Program-made: the position numbers and the translations under genes
Notes under the pieces: model-generated
Told to the model about the DNA's origin: nothing
The model's database searches: none
What the model saw: only the letters and a program-made list of their open reading frames with translations
From: Candidatus Sysuimicrobiota bacterium
GTDB taxonomy: Bacteria; Sysuimicrobiota; Sysuimicrobiia; Sysuimicrobiales; Sysuimicrobiaceae
NCBI GenBank assembly: GCA_040289515.1
Contig: PSLI01000029.1
Location: forward strand, 1 to 25,975
Direction of reading: 5' to 3'
DNA: 25,975 nucleotides
Shown: positions 16,129-25,975 of the stretch, in pieces
Numbering within the stretch: the stretch's first letter is position 1
Layout of the letters: every line of letters begins with the position of its first letter

Positions 16129-16700
16129 CCCCGCTCACGGAGCGGATACGACCGCACCACGGTGTACACGGGCCCCTGCGGCCGCAGGGTGCTCTCCATC
16201 AACTCCACGGAATGAACGTCCTGAAAGCCCACTTCGACACAGGCGGCCCGAGTTACTTCGGCCTCCAGCTCCGGGTGGTAGGCGGGAGTCCTCAAGCGCC
16301 CGATGGTCAGATGGGGGGAGTACGGACGCCGCTCCCGTGTGAACCCCAGAGGCTCCAGGGCCTCCTCCACCCTTCGAGCCAGACGCCCAAGCTGTTCGGC
16401 CCCCTCTTGGATCCCGATCCACAGCACGCGCGCGCCGCGCGCCCGGGGAAACGCTCCCAGCCCCACCAGGTGCAGCCGGAAGGAGGGGAAGGATTCCAAA
16501 ACCTCCAACACCTCGCTCAGCCGGGGTACCAGGTGTTCCGGGACCGGGCCCAGGAACTTGACCGTCAGGTGCAAGTTGTGGGGCTCCACCCACTTTACCA
16601 GCTCGCGGCCGTGCGGCCAGGCTTGCAGCAAGGTGCGACACAAAGACCCCACGGCGGGCCGCAGGGCCGGGTCTAGCTGCACAGCCACGAACAGCCGTAA
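16125..16700 (-). CDS. thpR: RNA 2',3'-cyclic phosphodiesterase (2H family); start uncertain
   Basis: LRLFVAV, NLHLTVKFLG, RVLWIG, YSPHLTIGR (two HxT motifs) and LMESTLRPQGPVY. It occupies the usual cinA-thpR-recA position. Confidence 0.92.
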   Translation of the reverse strand, partial: LRLFVAVQLDPALRPAVGSLCRTLLQAWPHGRELVKWVEPHNLHLTVKFLGPVPEHLVPRLSEVLEVLESFPSFRLHLVGLGAFPRARGARVLWIGIQEGAEQLGRLARRVEEALEPLGFTRERRPYSPHLTIGRLRTPAYHPELEAEVTRAACVEVGFQDVHSVELMESTLRPQGPVYTVVRSYPLRERG

Positions 16701-16755
16701 CGAACCTCCCGCTCCGGTCCCGCGAGCGGGTGGGGTCCTGCGCGCGGGACGTGCC

Positions 16756-18036
16756 TCAGACAGGCGTGTGGCCTCCGGACTGCCGTTCCAGCAGGTAGCG
16801 CCGGAGCAGGTTCAGGGCTGCCTGGCTGGCGAGCCGGCGTACTCCCTCCCGGCCGGGCTCCTGCCCGAAATCCGCGCGAACGCTGCGCATCCCTTGCGGG
16901 TCCGCCAGGGCCAAAAATACCCGCCCTACAGGTTTCCCCTCTGTGCCGCCGGTTGGGCCCGCTACGCCGGTGACGGCCAGCCCCAGGTCCGCGCCGAAGG
17001 CAACCCGTGCGCCCTTCGCCATGGCCTCCGCCACCTCCGCGGAGACCGCACCGAAGGTCTCCAGCAGGTCCTGCGGCACTCCCAATAGCGCGCGCTTGGC
17101 GTCGTTCCCGTACGCCACCACCCCGCCCAGGAAGTACGCGGAGCTGCCCGGGGTGGAGGTCAGCCGCTCCCCTACCAACCCTCCGGTGCAGGACTCCGCC
17201 ACCGCCACCCGGAGCCCGCTGGATCGCAGCAGGCGGGCTACCACCTCGTCCAGGGTCTCCCCGTCCACCCCGTACACCGCGTCACCCAGACGCTCCCGCA
17301 GCTGACGCTCCGTCTCGTCCAACAGGTGCTGGGTGTGTTCGGGCGTTCCGCGGGCGGTGATACGCAGGTGCACCTCGCCCACGTGAGCCAGGGGCGCCAC
17401 CGTCGGGTTGGTGGTGCGGAGGAGGTCGCGGATAAGCTCCTCCAGGTGTCCCTCCCCGATTCCCACGGCCCGCAGGACCCTGGACCGGATGACCTCCTCC
17501 CCCACCCAGCCACGCGTGCGCAGCTCCGGGATCACGAACTCGTCCAGCATGCCCCGCATCTCCCGCGGCACCCCGGGGACCATGATCACCACGTGGCCGT
17601 CCACCTCCCAGAACACGCCCGGCGCGGTACCCCACCGGTTGGGGATGGCGCGGGCTCCGCGCGGGATGAGGGCCTGACGGCGCTGGTTGGGGGTCATGGT
17701 GCGGCCGCGGCGCGCGAAGAACTGCTGCAGGTGGACCAGGGACTCCGGGTCCTCCACCAGTTCCACGCCCAGGGCGGAGGCCACCGCCTCCTTGGTGAGG
17801 TCGTCCTCCGTAGGGCCCAGTCCCCCCGTGAACACCACCAGCTCCGCCCGGGACCACGCGAGCCGGAACGCTTCCTGCACCCGCTCGAGGTTGTCCCCCA
17901 CCGTCTGCCGGAAGTACACGGGGATGCCGCACTCCGCAAAACGCTGGCAGATGTCGGTGGCGTTGGTGTCTGTGATCTGGCCCAGCAGCAGCTCGGTGCC
18001 CACGGATACCACTTCAGCCCGTTTCGGTCCGTTCAC
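16756..18036 (-). CDS. cinA: Competence/damage-inducible protein A (MoCF-like domain plus NMN deamidase domain)
   Basis: AEVVSVGTELLLGQITDTN, VGDN, GGLGPTEDDLT, GTAPG, PGVPREM, AVAESCTGG, GAVSAEVAEAMA and TGVAGP. GTG 18036 follows GGAGG; the alternative start is 18048. Confidence 0.95.
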   Translation of the reverse strand: MNGPKRAEVVSVGTELLLGQITDTNATDICQRFAECGIPVYFRQTVGDNLERVQEAFRLAWSRAELVVFTGGLGPTEDDLTKEAVASALGVELVEDPESLVHLQQFFARRGRTMTPNQRRQALIPRGARAIPNRWGTAPGVFWEVDGHVVIMVPGVPREMRGMLDEFVIPELRTRGWVGEEVIRSRVLRAVGIGEGHLEELIRDLLRTTNPTVAPLAHVGEVHLRITARGTPEHTQHLLDETERQLRERLGDAVYGVDGETLDEVVARLLRSSGLRVAVAESCTGGLVGERLTSTPGSSAYFLGGVVAYGNDAKRALLGVPQDLLETFGAVSAEVAEAMAKGARVAFGADLGLAVTGVAGPTGGTEGKPVGRVFLALADPQGMRSVRADFGQEPGREGVRRLASQAALNLLRRYLLERQSGGHTPV

Positions 18037-18075
18037 GATTACCTCCACGCTCGCACCGGGCGGCCCAACGCTTCC

Positions 18076-18840
18076 TCACGGGCGAGGCGGTGGGGTGAAG
18101 GTCCTGCGCACCACCTCCCCGGGCGCACCCAACACCCCGAGGTCCTGTCCGTTGACCTGCACCCGCACGCCACCGGCGTTGCCGATGATCACGTCCAGCT
18201 GGCGGATCGCCTCCCACTCCCTGCGCTCGCCCGCCCGGATGAACCCCTCGAACACCCGCCGGCCGTCTGCCACCACCCGCAGCCACGACACGTCCTCCGC
18301 GGCAAGGACCACGCGCACCACGGGCTCCTGCGCCATGGCGGAGGGCACCGGGGGGTTGGCCACACCCCGGGGTTGGTCGGTAGGACCACCGGGCCCTGGG
18401 ACTTCTTTCGTCTGTGCGGGCGGCGCTTCCGCCGTGGTGTAGAAGGCCCGCAGCTGGCGGTAGCCCAGGTAGCCCAACCACAGGGCGCCTACTGCGGCCG
18501 CCAGCGCCACCCACGCCAGAACCCGTCGTAGCCGAGAAGGGGAAGACACGGGCCGGATCGGGACCTCGCCACTGGGGGCCACAAGCGGTGGTGTACGCCC
18601 GGAGGGGAAGTGAGCTGCCACGGCCTGCACCAGGGGTTCGCTGTCCAGGCCGAGGAAATCCGCGTACGACCGCACGAACCCCTTGGCGTACTGGGCGGAG
18701 TCGAAGACCTCGAAACGTTCTTCCTCGATGGCGCGCAGCCACCGCACCGGGATTTTCAGCTGCGCGTGGACCTGCTCCAGCGACAGCCCCAGGGATTCCC
18801 GTCGGCTGCGTAGCACCTCTCCGACCCGCACCGTTCCCAC
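18076..18840 (-). CDS. rodZ: RodZ-like cytoskeleton protein (HTH, TM, DUF4115)
   Basis: GEVLRSRRESLGLSLEQV...LRAIEEERF...YAKGFVRSYADFLGLD, one TM segment, and C-terminal SWLRVVADG...IGNAGGVRVQVNG. Confidence 0.9.
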   Translation of the reverse strand: MGTVRVGEVLRSRRESLGLSLEQVHAQLKIPVRWLRAIEEERFEVFDSAQYAKGFVRSYADFLGLDSEPLVQAVAAHFPSGRTPPLVAPSGEVPIRPVSSPSRLRRVLAWVALAAAVGALWLGYLGYRQLRAFYTTAEAPPAQTKEVPGPGGPTDQPRGVANPPVPSAMAQEPVVRVVLAAEDVSWLRVVADGRRVFEGFIRAGERREWEAIRQLDVIIGNAGGVRVQVNGQDLGVLGAPGEVVRRTFTPPPRP

Positions 18841-18930
18841 GCCGCCCCGCGTCCAGCCCCAAAATGCGCGCTGGGGACTCTCACGCCTATCCTATCGAGC
18901 CGCGCAGGCACGGGAAAGCACCCCTGGTGT

Positions 18931-19911
18931 TTACTCTCGCGCGTACGGGCGGCCCACCGTGCTGGGGAACCGGCGCCGGCCGATCACGGCCGCCACCACG
19001 GTCAGGGTCAACACGTAGGGGATCATGGCCACGAAGTAAAAGGGCACCCGTTCCTTGACCCCCGGGGTCACCGCCACCGCGGAAGCGAACCCGTCCGCCA
19101 GCCCGAACAGCAGCGCGGCCGCCAGCGCCAGAAGCGGCTCCAGGCCCGCGAACACCACGCACGCCAGGGCGATGAACCCGCGCCCCGCGGAGATCTCCTT
19201 TACCAGGGCGCCGAACCACCCCAGGGGCAGGAAGGCACCGCCCAGTCCCGCCAGGGCCCCGCCCACCGTAGCCGTAAACAGCCTCAGCCGGTCCACCCGC
19301 AGCCCAGCCACGTCCACCGCCTCGGGCCGCTCCCCCACCGCGCGGAGGCGGAAGCCCAGTACCGTCCGGTGCAGCAGCAGGTGCGCCAGTACCGCCACCG
19401 CCACGGCCCCAAGGGTGACGGGGCTCACCTGGCTCACGGGAGTGGGCAGGCGCGGCACCATGAGCTCCTGAGGGAACACATGCACGCCCGGGAACGCCCA
19501 CAGGCTGATGAGCAGAAACGGCACGAACCCCAGGGCGAACACGTTGAGCCCCATGCCCGCGATGATCTGGTCCGCCCGGCCGTAGACGCTCACCGCCCCC
19601 AGCCCCAGGCCCAACAGGGCACCGGTGGCTGTGCCACCTACCAGTCCCGCGTAGCCGCTGCGGCCCAGCTCCGCGAAATACACCCCCACGGTGGCGCTCA
19701 GGAGGAAGATGGCCTCCAACCCGATGTTCACCAAACCCGCTTTTTCGTTCAGGCACTCCCCCACCGCGGCAAGCGCCAGAGGGGTCATGGCCAGCAGCCC
19801 GGTCTCCAGCAGAGATACGGGTGGCAACCCCACCCGCTCCAGCCACCGCGCCGTGAGGGCCAACGCGAGCCCAACGCCCACCCACCATCCCGCGCGGCGC
19901 AGCAGCTTCAT
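18931..19911 (-). CDS. ABC transporter permease (nucleoside/simple sugar type)
   Basis: [50 protein letters not shown] and [11 protein letters not shown] 19911 overlaps the upstream stop (ATGA). Confidence 0.92.
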   Translation of the reverse strand: MKLLRRAGWWVGVGLALALTARWLERVGLPPVSLLETGLLAMTPLALAAVGECLNEKAGLVNIGLEAIFLLSATVGVYFAELGRSGYAGLVGGTATGALLGLGLGAVSVYGRADQIIAGMGLNVFALGFVPFLLISLWAFPGVHVFPQELMVPRLPTPVSQVSPVTLGAVAVAVLAHLLLHRTVLGFRLRAVGERPEAVDVAGLRVDRLRLFTATVGGALAGLGGAFLPLGWFGALVKEISAGRGFIALACVVFAGLEPLLALAAALLFGLADGFASAVAVTPGVKERVPFYFVAMIPYVLTLTVVAAVIGRRRFPSTVGRPYARE

Positions 19912-20948
19912 CGCAGGAACCTCCTGCGCACCAGGCCCCACAGCTCGGGCACGGCCATGGCGAACACGATGAGCCCGTTCAGGGCCCGCACCAGTTCGCT
20001 GGGGACCCCTACCTCGTACTCCATGAGGCGGCCTCCCTGCGCCAGGGCGCCGAACAGCACCGAGGCCAGGATCCCTCCCACGGGGTGGTTGCGGCCCACC
20101 AGGGCCACCCCGATGCCGTCGAACCCCAGGGTGGTGACGTTGCCCAGCGTCGCGTACAGCGACCACGCGGGGGGCCGACCGATGACCTGGCTGGCGCCCG
20201 CCAGCCCCGCGGCCAGCCCTCCCACCACAAAGCTCAGCACCACCACCCGCTCCGGCCGCACGCCCGCGTACCGGGCCGCGTCAGGATTCTCGCCCGCCAG
20301 GCGGAGCTCGTACCCCGACCGCGTGCCCCACAGGTAGGCGTAGACCAGCAGCGTGAAGGCGAGCGCCACGAACAGCACCGCCGTGAGGGTGCTCTCCTCA
20401 CTTAGCACGGGATAGCGGGCCGTGGGCAGGGCGGGCACGGTCCGCTCCGCCCGCCCCGGCTCCGCGAGGAAGTAGATGGCCAGGTACGTGGACAGGTGCA
20501 GGCTGATCCAGTTGCACATGATGGTGGAGATGACTTCATGGGCTCCCCGCCACGCCTTGAGCACCGCGGGTACCAGGGCCCATGCCGCTCCCGCGGCCAT
20601 GCCCGCCAGGGTAGCCGCCGCCAGGTGCACGCCGGGCGGCAGGGGCACGAGCCCCGCCACGAAGGTGGCACCCACCGCTCCTAGATACATCTGGCCTTCC
20701 GCGCCGATGTTGAACAGGCCCGCCCGCACTCCCACCGCGAAGGGGAGGGCGGTGAGCATGAGGGGCGTGGCGAAGGCCAGCGTCTCCAGCAGGTCCTCAC
20801 GGCTGCCGAACGCCCCCACCAGGAGGGCGCGGTAGGCGTTTCCCGGCGGGTGCCCGAAAGCCCACACCAGCAGGCCGCCCGCGGCCAGCCCCAGCGCCAC
20901 CGTGGCCAGGGACTCAGCCAGAGGACGCAGAACGCGCGGCGTCCGCAT
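19908..20948 (-). CDS. ABC transporter permease (nucleoside/simple sugar type)
   Basis: [48 protein letters not shown] and [15 protein letters not shown]. The start is uncertain (20948-20969). Confidence 0.92.
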   Translation of the reverse strand: MRTPRVLRPLAESLATVALGLAAGGLLVWAFGHPPGNAYRALLVGAFGSREDLLETLAFATPLMLTALPFAVGVRAGLFNIGAEGQMYLGAVGATFVAGLVPLPPGVHLAAATLAGMAAGAAWALVPAVLKAWRGAHEVISTIMCNWISLHLSTYLAIYFLAEPGRAERTVPALPTARYPVLSEESTLTAVLFVALAFTLLVYAYLWGTRSGYELRLAGENPDAARYAGVRPERVVVLSFVVGGLAAGLAGASQVIGRPPAWSLYATLGNVTTLGFDGIGVALVGRNHPVGGILASVLFGALAQGGRLMEYEVGVPSELVRALNGLIVFAMAVPELWGLVRRRFLR

Positions 20949-22479
20949 CGCGCGCGGGGACCACGCCACCCATCAGCAGCCCCACCGTCTCCCTGCGGAA
21001 CTCCTCGGTGGGGCCCAGGCTTAGGAACCGTCCGCCGTACATGACCGCGAGCCGGTCGCTCAGCTCCAGCACCTCATCCAGGTCCGCGGAAACCAGCAGC
21101 ACGGCCTTGCCCGCGTCCCGCAACTGCACCAACAGCTCGCGAATGTACAGGGCAGAAGCCACGTCCAACCCACGGGTGGGGTGCACCGCCACCACCACAA
21201 GCGGCTCCTTGCTGATCTCCCGGCCCACCACCAGCCGCTGCTGGTTGCCGCCGCTCAGGGTGCGCACGGGTGCCCACAGGTCCACGGCCACCACGTGGAA
21301 CCGGCGCACCAGCTCTTGCGCGTACCTCACGATGGCTGGCCGGTTGAGCCGGCCGAACCCGCGCAGAAATCGGCGCTCCCGCTGCCGGCCGAGGATGCTG
21401 TTCTCCACCAGGTCGAAGCCCATGGCCAGCCCGAAGCGGGCTTTGTCCTCGGGCACGTGGGCCAGACCGCGGCGGTACAGCGCCGGGGGCTCCAGGGGTG
21501 GGGCCAGCTCACCGGCGAGGCGCACCTCCCCCGCTTGGGGCCGCCGCAGGCCCGTCAGGGCCTGCACCAGCTCGCTCTGACCGTTGCCCTCGACCCCCAC
21601 GATCCCCAGGATCTCGCCCTCCCGGACGTCGAAGGACAGATCCTGCACAGCCATCCGGCCCTGGTTGTCCTGCACCCACAGCCCGCGCACGGACAGCACC
21701 GGCTCGCCCGGCGAGCGGTGCGCGCGGCGAACCCGGAGGGCCGTGGGCTGGCCCACCATGAGCTCGGCCAGCCTCTCGGGGGTGGCAGCGGGCGTGGGAA
21801 GCTCGCCGGCTACGCGACCCTGGCGCAGGACCACCACCCGGTCGCTCACCTCCAACGCCTCCCGCAGCTTGTGGGTGATGAGCACCGTGGCCGTGCCCCG
21901 GTCCCTCAGCCTACGCAGGAACCGGAAGAACTCCTCCACCTCCCCGGGCGTGAGGGCGGAGGTGGGCTCGTCCAGGATCAGGACGGAAGTCCCCCGGTAC
22001 AGGGTCTTGCAAATTTCCACCCGCTGCTGGACGCCCACCGGCAGGGATTCCACGGGCACGTCCAGGGGCAGCGCCAAACCCACTTCCTCCAGTAAGGCCT
22101 CGACCCGGGCGCGGGCTGTGGCCTCCGGAAGGGTGCGCCACGCTGGTGCGCCCTCCTGGCCCAGCAGCACGTTCTGCAGCGCGGTGAAGGGAGGGACCAG
22201 GGTGAAGGCTTGGTGCACCATGCCAATCCCGTACCGCAGGGCGTCCGCGGGATGGCGAAACTGCACGGGCCGTCCGTCCACCCACACCTCCCCGCGGGTG
22301 GGCCGCAGCAGGCCGGAGAGGATCTTCATCAGGGTGGTCTTCCCAGCCCCGTTCTCCCCCAGCAGGGCAAGGATCTCCCCGGGGTACAGGTGGAAGTCCA
22401 CGCCCCGCAGCGCCGCAGTACCGTCCGGATACAGCTTATGGATCCCCCGCATCTGCACGCGGGGAACCGGTTCCCTCAC
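20914..22479 (-). CDS. ABC transporter ATP-binding protein (two fused NBDs, CUT2 type)
   Basis: GENGAGKTT, QQRVEI, LILDEPT, GVEGNGQSEL, LSGGNQQR and PTRGLDV. Confidence 0.95.
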   Translation of the reverse strand: MREPVPRVQMRGIHKLYPDGTAALRGVDFHLYPGEILALLGENGAGKTTLMKILSGLLRPTRGEVWVDGRPVQFRHPADALRYGIGMVHQAFTLVPPFTALQNVLLGQEGAPAWRTLPEATARARVEALLEEVGLALPLDVPVESLPVGVQQRVEICKTLYRGTSVLILDEPTSALTPGEVEEFFRFLRRLRDRGTATVLITHKLREALEVSDRVVVLRQGRVAGELPTPAATPERLAELMVGQPTALRVRRAHRSPGEPVLSVRGLWVQDNQGRMAVQDLSFDVREGEILGIVGVEGNGQSELVQALTGLRRPQAGEVRLAGELAPPLEPPALYRRGLAHVPEDKARFGLAMGFDLVENSILGRQRERRFLRGFGRLNRPAIVRYAQELVRRFHVVAVDLWAPVRTLSGGNQQRLVVGREISKEPLVVVAVHPTRGLDVASALYIRELLVQLRDAGKAVLLVSADLDEVLELSDRLAVMYGGRFLSLGPTEEFRRETVGLLMGGVVPARDADAARSASSG

Positions 22480-22539
22480 GGCGGCGTCCTCACGCGGAAG
22501 ACCCGCGGGCGTGGCCCCCCAACACCTGGTGCAGGACCG

Positions 22540-23862
22540 CTACCACCCGGCCGGCCGGTACGCGGCTGGGGGGAGCGGCCGCGGCGCCTGGCCCAGCTCC
22601 CGGCGCCACCGCTCGATGTCGGGTTTGGTCACCACCATGGGGACCTGGACCTGGCCGTCGCGGATCTTCTTCTCCAGTTCTGCCACCGCGTCCCACACCC
22701 ACTTGGGTTGCGCGTCGCGCATGGTTTTCACCCGCGCCTTGATCTCCGCCGGGGGAGCCGGCAGAACCTTCTTGCCCGTCAGCCGTTCCGCTTGCACTCC
22801 CATCCGGATGAACTCGTCCAGGTCCTCCAAGGTGCTCACCGAGATGCCCTCCGCCAGCCGCCCCGCTACCCGGGTGCCCACGCCCAGGGTCACTACGCCT
22901 CCCGTGCGCCGGACCAGGTCGCGGAACTGGCCGTCCCGCACCCACTGGGTGGCGTAGTACACCCCGCGGTCCACCCGCTTCATCATGCTGGCGATGACGA
23001 AACCAGGGTTGATCCAGTCCTGGTTGGCGTCCACCCCGATCCAGAAGGGCGGGCCCATGCGCAGCTTCTGGGCCTGGGCGATCTCCTGCACCGCCTGGTT
23101 GATGCCCAATCCCAGGGGGCCCGCGATGTTGTACACGGCCACCGCGTTCTTGGCGTACATGGCTTTCGCGGCCGCGTAGCCCTTGGGGATGTCGCTGAAG
23201 GTTCCCGTGTAGGTCCACAAGACAAAGTCCCTGCGGTAGGTGAAGGCCTTGTCTGGCCGGTTCTTCGCCAGCCACTCCGTGGCCCACCGGGCACCCCACT
23301 TGTAGCCCACCTCGAACTTCCACAGGACGGGGATCTCGATGCCGAACACGCCACCGATGTGGGGCTTGGCGTACCAAGCGGCCAGCAGGGTTCCCAGGGC
23401 TCCCACCAGGGCGCTGCCCTTGTGCTCCTCGTACACCACGTCCAGGAGGTTCGGCAGAGGGTGCTGGCCGGGGAACTTCTCCTTTACGATGGATTGGGCG
23501 AAGGTGTCGATCCCCACGAAGTTCTTGTCGGGGAACCGGCGCGCCACCTGGGCCAGGGCGTCGCTGAGGAGGAAGCCCACCCCCACGATCAGCTGCACGT
23601 TGGGGTCCCGAGCGGCGCGGGTCAGGTTGGGTACGTAGTCTGCCTCCACCTTGCTGACCAGCTCCACCATGCGCACGCCGAAGTCTCGCTGCGCGTCGTC
23701 CCCGCCCTTGAAGGCCATGTCGTTGAAGCTCAGGTCCCCGCGTCCGCCCACGTCTGAGACCACGGCCAGCTTGAAGGTCCTCGGGGCCGCGGGAGAAGTC
23801 CCCACGGCCGCTGCCGCCAGCGCCACCACCAGGGCCATGACGAAACACTTCCGGAGCCGCAT
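22540..23862 (-). CDS. BMP-family ABC substrate-binding protein
   Basis: ATG 23862 after GGGAGG, signal peptide MRLRKCFVMALVVALAAAAVGTSPA, then DVGGRGDLSFNDMA, IVGVGF, IGVDANQD and ASMMKRVD. Confidence 0.92.
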   Translation of the reverse strand: MRLRKCFVMALVVALAAAAVGTSPAAPRTFKLAVVSDVGGRGDLSFNDMAFKGGDDAQRDFGVRMVELVSKVEADYVPNLTRAARDPNVQLIVGVGFLLSDALAQVARRFPDKNFVGIDTFAQSIVKEKFPGQHPLPNLLDVVYEEHKGSALVGALGTLLAAWYAKPHIGGVFGIEIPVLWKFEVGYKWGARWATEWLAKNRPDKAFTYRRDFVLWTYTGTFSDIPKGYAAAKAMYAKNAVAVYNIAGPLGLGINQAVQEIAQAQKLRMGPPFWIGVDANQDWINPGFVIASMMKRVDRGVYYATQWVRDGQFRDLVRRTGGVVTLGVGTRVAGRLAEGISVSTLEDLDEFIRMGVQAERLTGKKVLPAPPAEIKARVKTMRDAQPKWVWDAVAELEKKIRDGQVQVPMVVTKPDIERWRRELGQAPRPLPPAAYRPAGW

Positions 23863-24021
23863 GTCCTCCCTCCCGCTTGTCGCTGGTGCCGGCCTGCGCG
23901 GCCGACCCACCCAAGGACTACGGCGCCGCGCGGGAGGTGTCCTGCCTCAGGAGGATGGATCCGCTGGGAGGGTGAAGGAGTGTCCGGTGGGTGCCAATGC
24001 AGGGGTCCGTGATGGAGGTAA

Positions 24022-24183
24022 TGGCAGCGGACCGGCTTGCTGCTGGCTAACCCGCCTCCGACGGGGGTGGCCCTGTCCGTTGAGGAAACACGCCGGGCGG
24101 TGCGTGCGGCTTTAGCGCGGGCCTCCGCGGGGGTGGCGGTGGCCCTCTTTCGCCTCGGCGTGGCACCCCCTCAGCGGGTCTGA
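24022..24183 (+). pseudogene. Possible remnant of pseudouridine-5'-phosphate glycosidase (PsuG) C-terminal part
   Basis: The frame reads WQRTGLLLANPPPTGVALSVEETRRAVRAALARASAGVAVALFRL. This resembles the PsuG segment G.(L/V)(V/I)ANP.P...A(L/M)..EE...AI..AL..A joined to a terminal A..IA.AL helix. The match is short and by eye only. Confidence 0.38.
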
Positions 24184-25975
24184 GGCGCGCCCAGCAGGCG
24201 GTCCAGCTCCTCTAGGGTCACCAAGACCTCCCGGGGGTTGCTGCCCTGGCAGGGCCCCACGATGCCCCGGGCCTCCAGCTGGTCTACCAGGCGCGCGGCC
24301 CGCACGTATCCGATCTTCAGCTTCCGCTGCAGCAGGGACACCGACCCGTAGCCCGCCTGCACCACGATGCGCGCCGCCTGCCCGAACAGCTCGTCCTCCT
24401 TCCCTTCACCCTCCCCCGCGGGTTGCGCCTGCAGGAGGGTGGGGTCGTAGCTGGGCTGTCCCTGGTCCTTCCAGAAGTCCACGATGCGGCCGATCTCCGC
24501 GTCGGACACGTAGGCCCCCTGAACACGCATGGGCCGACTGGCCCCGATGGGCAGGTACAGCATGTCCCCGCGGCCCAGGAGCTTCTCCGCGCCCGGGGCG
24601 TCCAGGATGGTGCGGGAGTCCACCATGCTGGAGGTGGCGAAGGCGATGCGGGAGGGGATGTTGGCCTTGATGAGGCCCGTGATCACGTCCACAGACGGCC
24701 GCTGGGTGGCCAGGACCAAGTGGATGCCCGTGGCCCGGGCCATCTGCGCCAGGCGGACGATGCTGTCCTCGAACTCCGCGGGTGCCACCATCATGAGGTC
24801 GGCCAGCTCGTCCACCACCACCACCACGTAGGGCAGCGAGCCGTCCACGTTCTCACCCAGCTTGTCCCCCGCCACGGCCTCCACCGCGCGCCGGCGTTCC
24901 TCCGCGGGCAGGGCGTTGAAAGCCTGCACGTTCCGGACGGTGGCGTGGGCAAACACCTCGTAGCGCCGCTCCATCCCCTGGATCACCCGGCGCAGCTTTG
25001 CTGCTGCCTCCTTGGGGTTCTTCACCACGGGAACCAGCAGGTGCGGGACATCCTCGTAGTGGCTGAGCTCCACCCGCTTGGGGTCGATCATTAGGAACCG
25101 CACCGCCTCCGGGGTGGCGCGCATGAGGATGCTGCACACCAGGGTGTTCAGGGCTACGCTCTTGCCGGAACCGGTCGCGCCCGCGATGAGGAGGTGGGGC
25201 ATCTCCACCAGGTTGGCCACCACGGGGTAGCCAGCGATGTCCTTGCCCAGGGCCGCCAAAAGAGGGTCCGGCCGCTGAAAGGCAGGGCTGTCCAGGATTT
25301 CCCGCAGCGTGACCAGGGCCGCTTTCTCGTTGGGCAGCTCGATCCCCACCGCGGACTTGCCCGGAATGGGTGCCTCGATGCGCACCGAGGGCGCCGCCAG
25401 GGCCAGGGCGATGTCGTTGGAGAGACTGGTAATGCGCTGCACCTTCACGCCGGGCGCGGGCTGCAGCTCGAACCGGGTGACCACCGGCCCCTGCTCCCAT
25501 CCCACACACCGTGCCTCCACACCGAAGGACTTGAGGGTGGCCTCCAGACTGCGGGCCACCTCCTGCGGATCCAAGCGTACCCGGCTTGATTTGGGCGGCG
25601 GTGGATCCAACAACGTGTCCGGCGGCAGCTTCCACGGGCCCACGGGGGCCGACTGCGGCAGGTCCAAGGGCAGGGTCTTTTGCTCGAACTTGCGCTCCCT
25701 GCGCTTAGGCCGGTGCGACGGCCCAGGTGGCGTTTCCTCCTGTACGTGGGTGGGAGCGGGCGTGATGTCCACCACGAACGCAGGCGGGAGGGATTCCTGT
25801 GCGGAACCTGGCCTGCGCTGCCGCCGTTGCCGCATCCACGACCCGGCCAACGCCGCTGCGCCGAGCGCGCGCACCCACGCCTGCGCCCCTAACCGTCCCG
25901 CAGCCCTGGCACCGCGCGGGATCAATCGAGCCCAGGCGGCCGCCGCCTGTACGAGGGTCCGCGCGGCGGCCTCCA
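24171..25975 (-). CDS. ftsK: FtsK/SpoIIIE DNA translocase, 5' end outside the window
   Basis: GPVVTRFE, RIEAPIPGKSAVGIE, PHLLIAGATGSGKS, MIDPKRVEL, VVVDELADLMM, ATQRPSVDVITG and gamma domain SVSLLQRKLKIGYVRAARL. The frame stays open to the window edge. Confidence 0.97.
   Translation of the reverse strand, partial: EAAARTLVQAAAAWARLIPRGARAAGRLGAQAWVRALGAAALAGSWMRQRRQRRPGSAQESLPPAFVVDITPAPTHVQEETPPGPSHRPKRRERKFEQKTLPLDLPQSAPVGPWKLPPDTLLDPPPPKSSRVRLDPQEVARSLEATLKSFGVEARCVGWEQGPVVTRFELQPAPGVKVQRITSLSNDIALALAAPSVRIEAPIPGKSAVGIELPNEKAALVTLREILDSPAFQRPDPLLAALGKDIAGYPVVANLVEMPHLLIAGATGSGKSVALNTLVCSILMRATPEAVRFLMIDPKRVELSHYEDVPHLLVPVVKNPKEAAAKLRRVIQGMERRYEVFAHATVRNVQAFNALPAEERRRAVEAVAGDKLGENVDGSLPYVVVVVDELADLMMVAPAEFEDSIVRLAQMARATGIHLVLATQRPSVDVITGLIKANIPSRIAFATSSMVDSRTILDAPGAEKLLGRGDMLYLPIGASRPMRVQGAYVSDAEIGRIVDFWKDQGQPSYDPTLLQAQPAGEGEGKEDELFGQAARIVVQAGYGSVSLLQRKLKIGYVRAARLVDQLEARGIVGPCQGSNPREVLVTLEELDRLLGAPQTR

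Overview
Very GC-rich bacterial chromosomal window, almost entirely coded on the minus strand. The gene order and promoter style suggest a Terrabacteria-type lineage (inference). It has three parts. (1) Right (14.7-26 kb): a housekeeping block, ftsK (partial) - BMP-family nucleoside/sugar ABC transporter (4 genes) - rodZ - cinA - thpR - recA - PUR/DUF3276 protein. (2) Left (1-6.5 kb): a tightly coupled operon, recX - UvrD/PcrA helicase fused to a 4-Cys PD-(D/E)XK nuclease - HAD hydrolase - Mre11/SbcD nuclease - SMC/Rad50-like ATPase (partial). Its promoter carries a LexA-type box placed like the one in the recA promoter, so it looks like an SOS-controlled DNA-end-processing module. (3) Middle (7.6-14.65 kb): a decaying region that the ORF track largely misses. 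The whole selenocysteine machinery is present only as wreckage: selD with its in-frame UGA and a SECIS-like hairpin, selA collapsed to about 145 bp, fragmented selB, and a mismatched tRNA-Sec. Beside it are a 12-13 codon twin-arginine stub of the probable selenoprotein client (formate dehydrogenase-like), a 2-oxoacid oxidoreductase beta fragment, and frameshifted DUF763 and ECF-S genes. fdhD, chrA and gltA remain intact among them. No CRISPR array, integrase or transposase was seen. All family calls come from motif recognition by eye; no database search was run.
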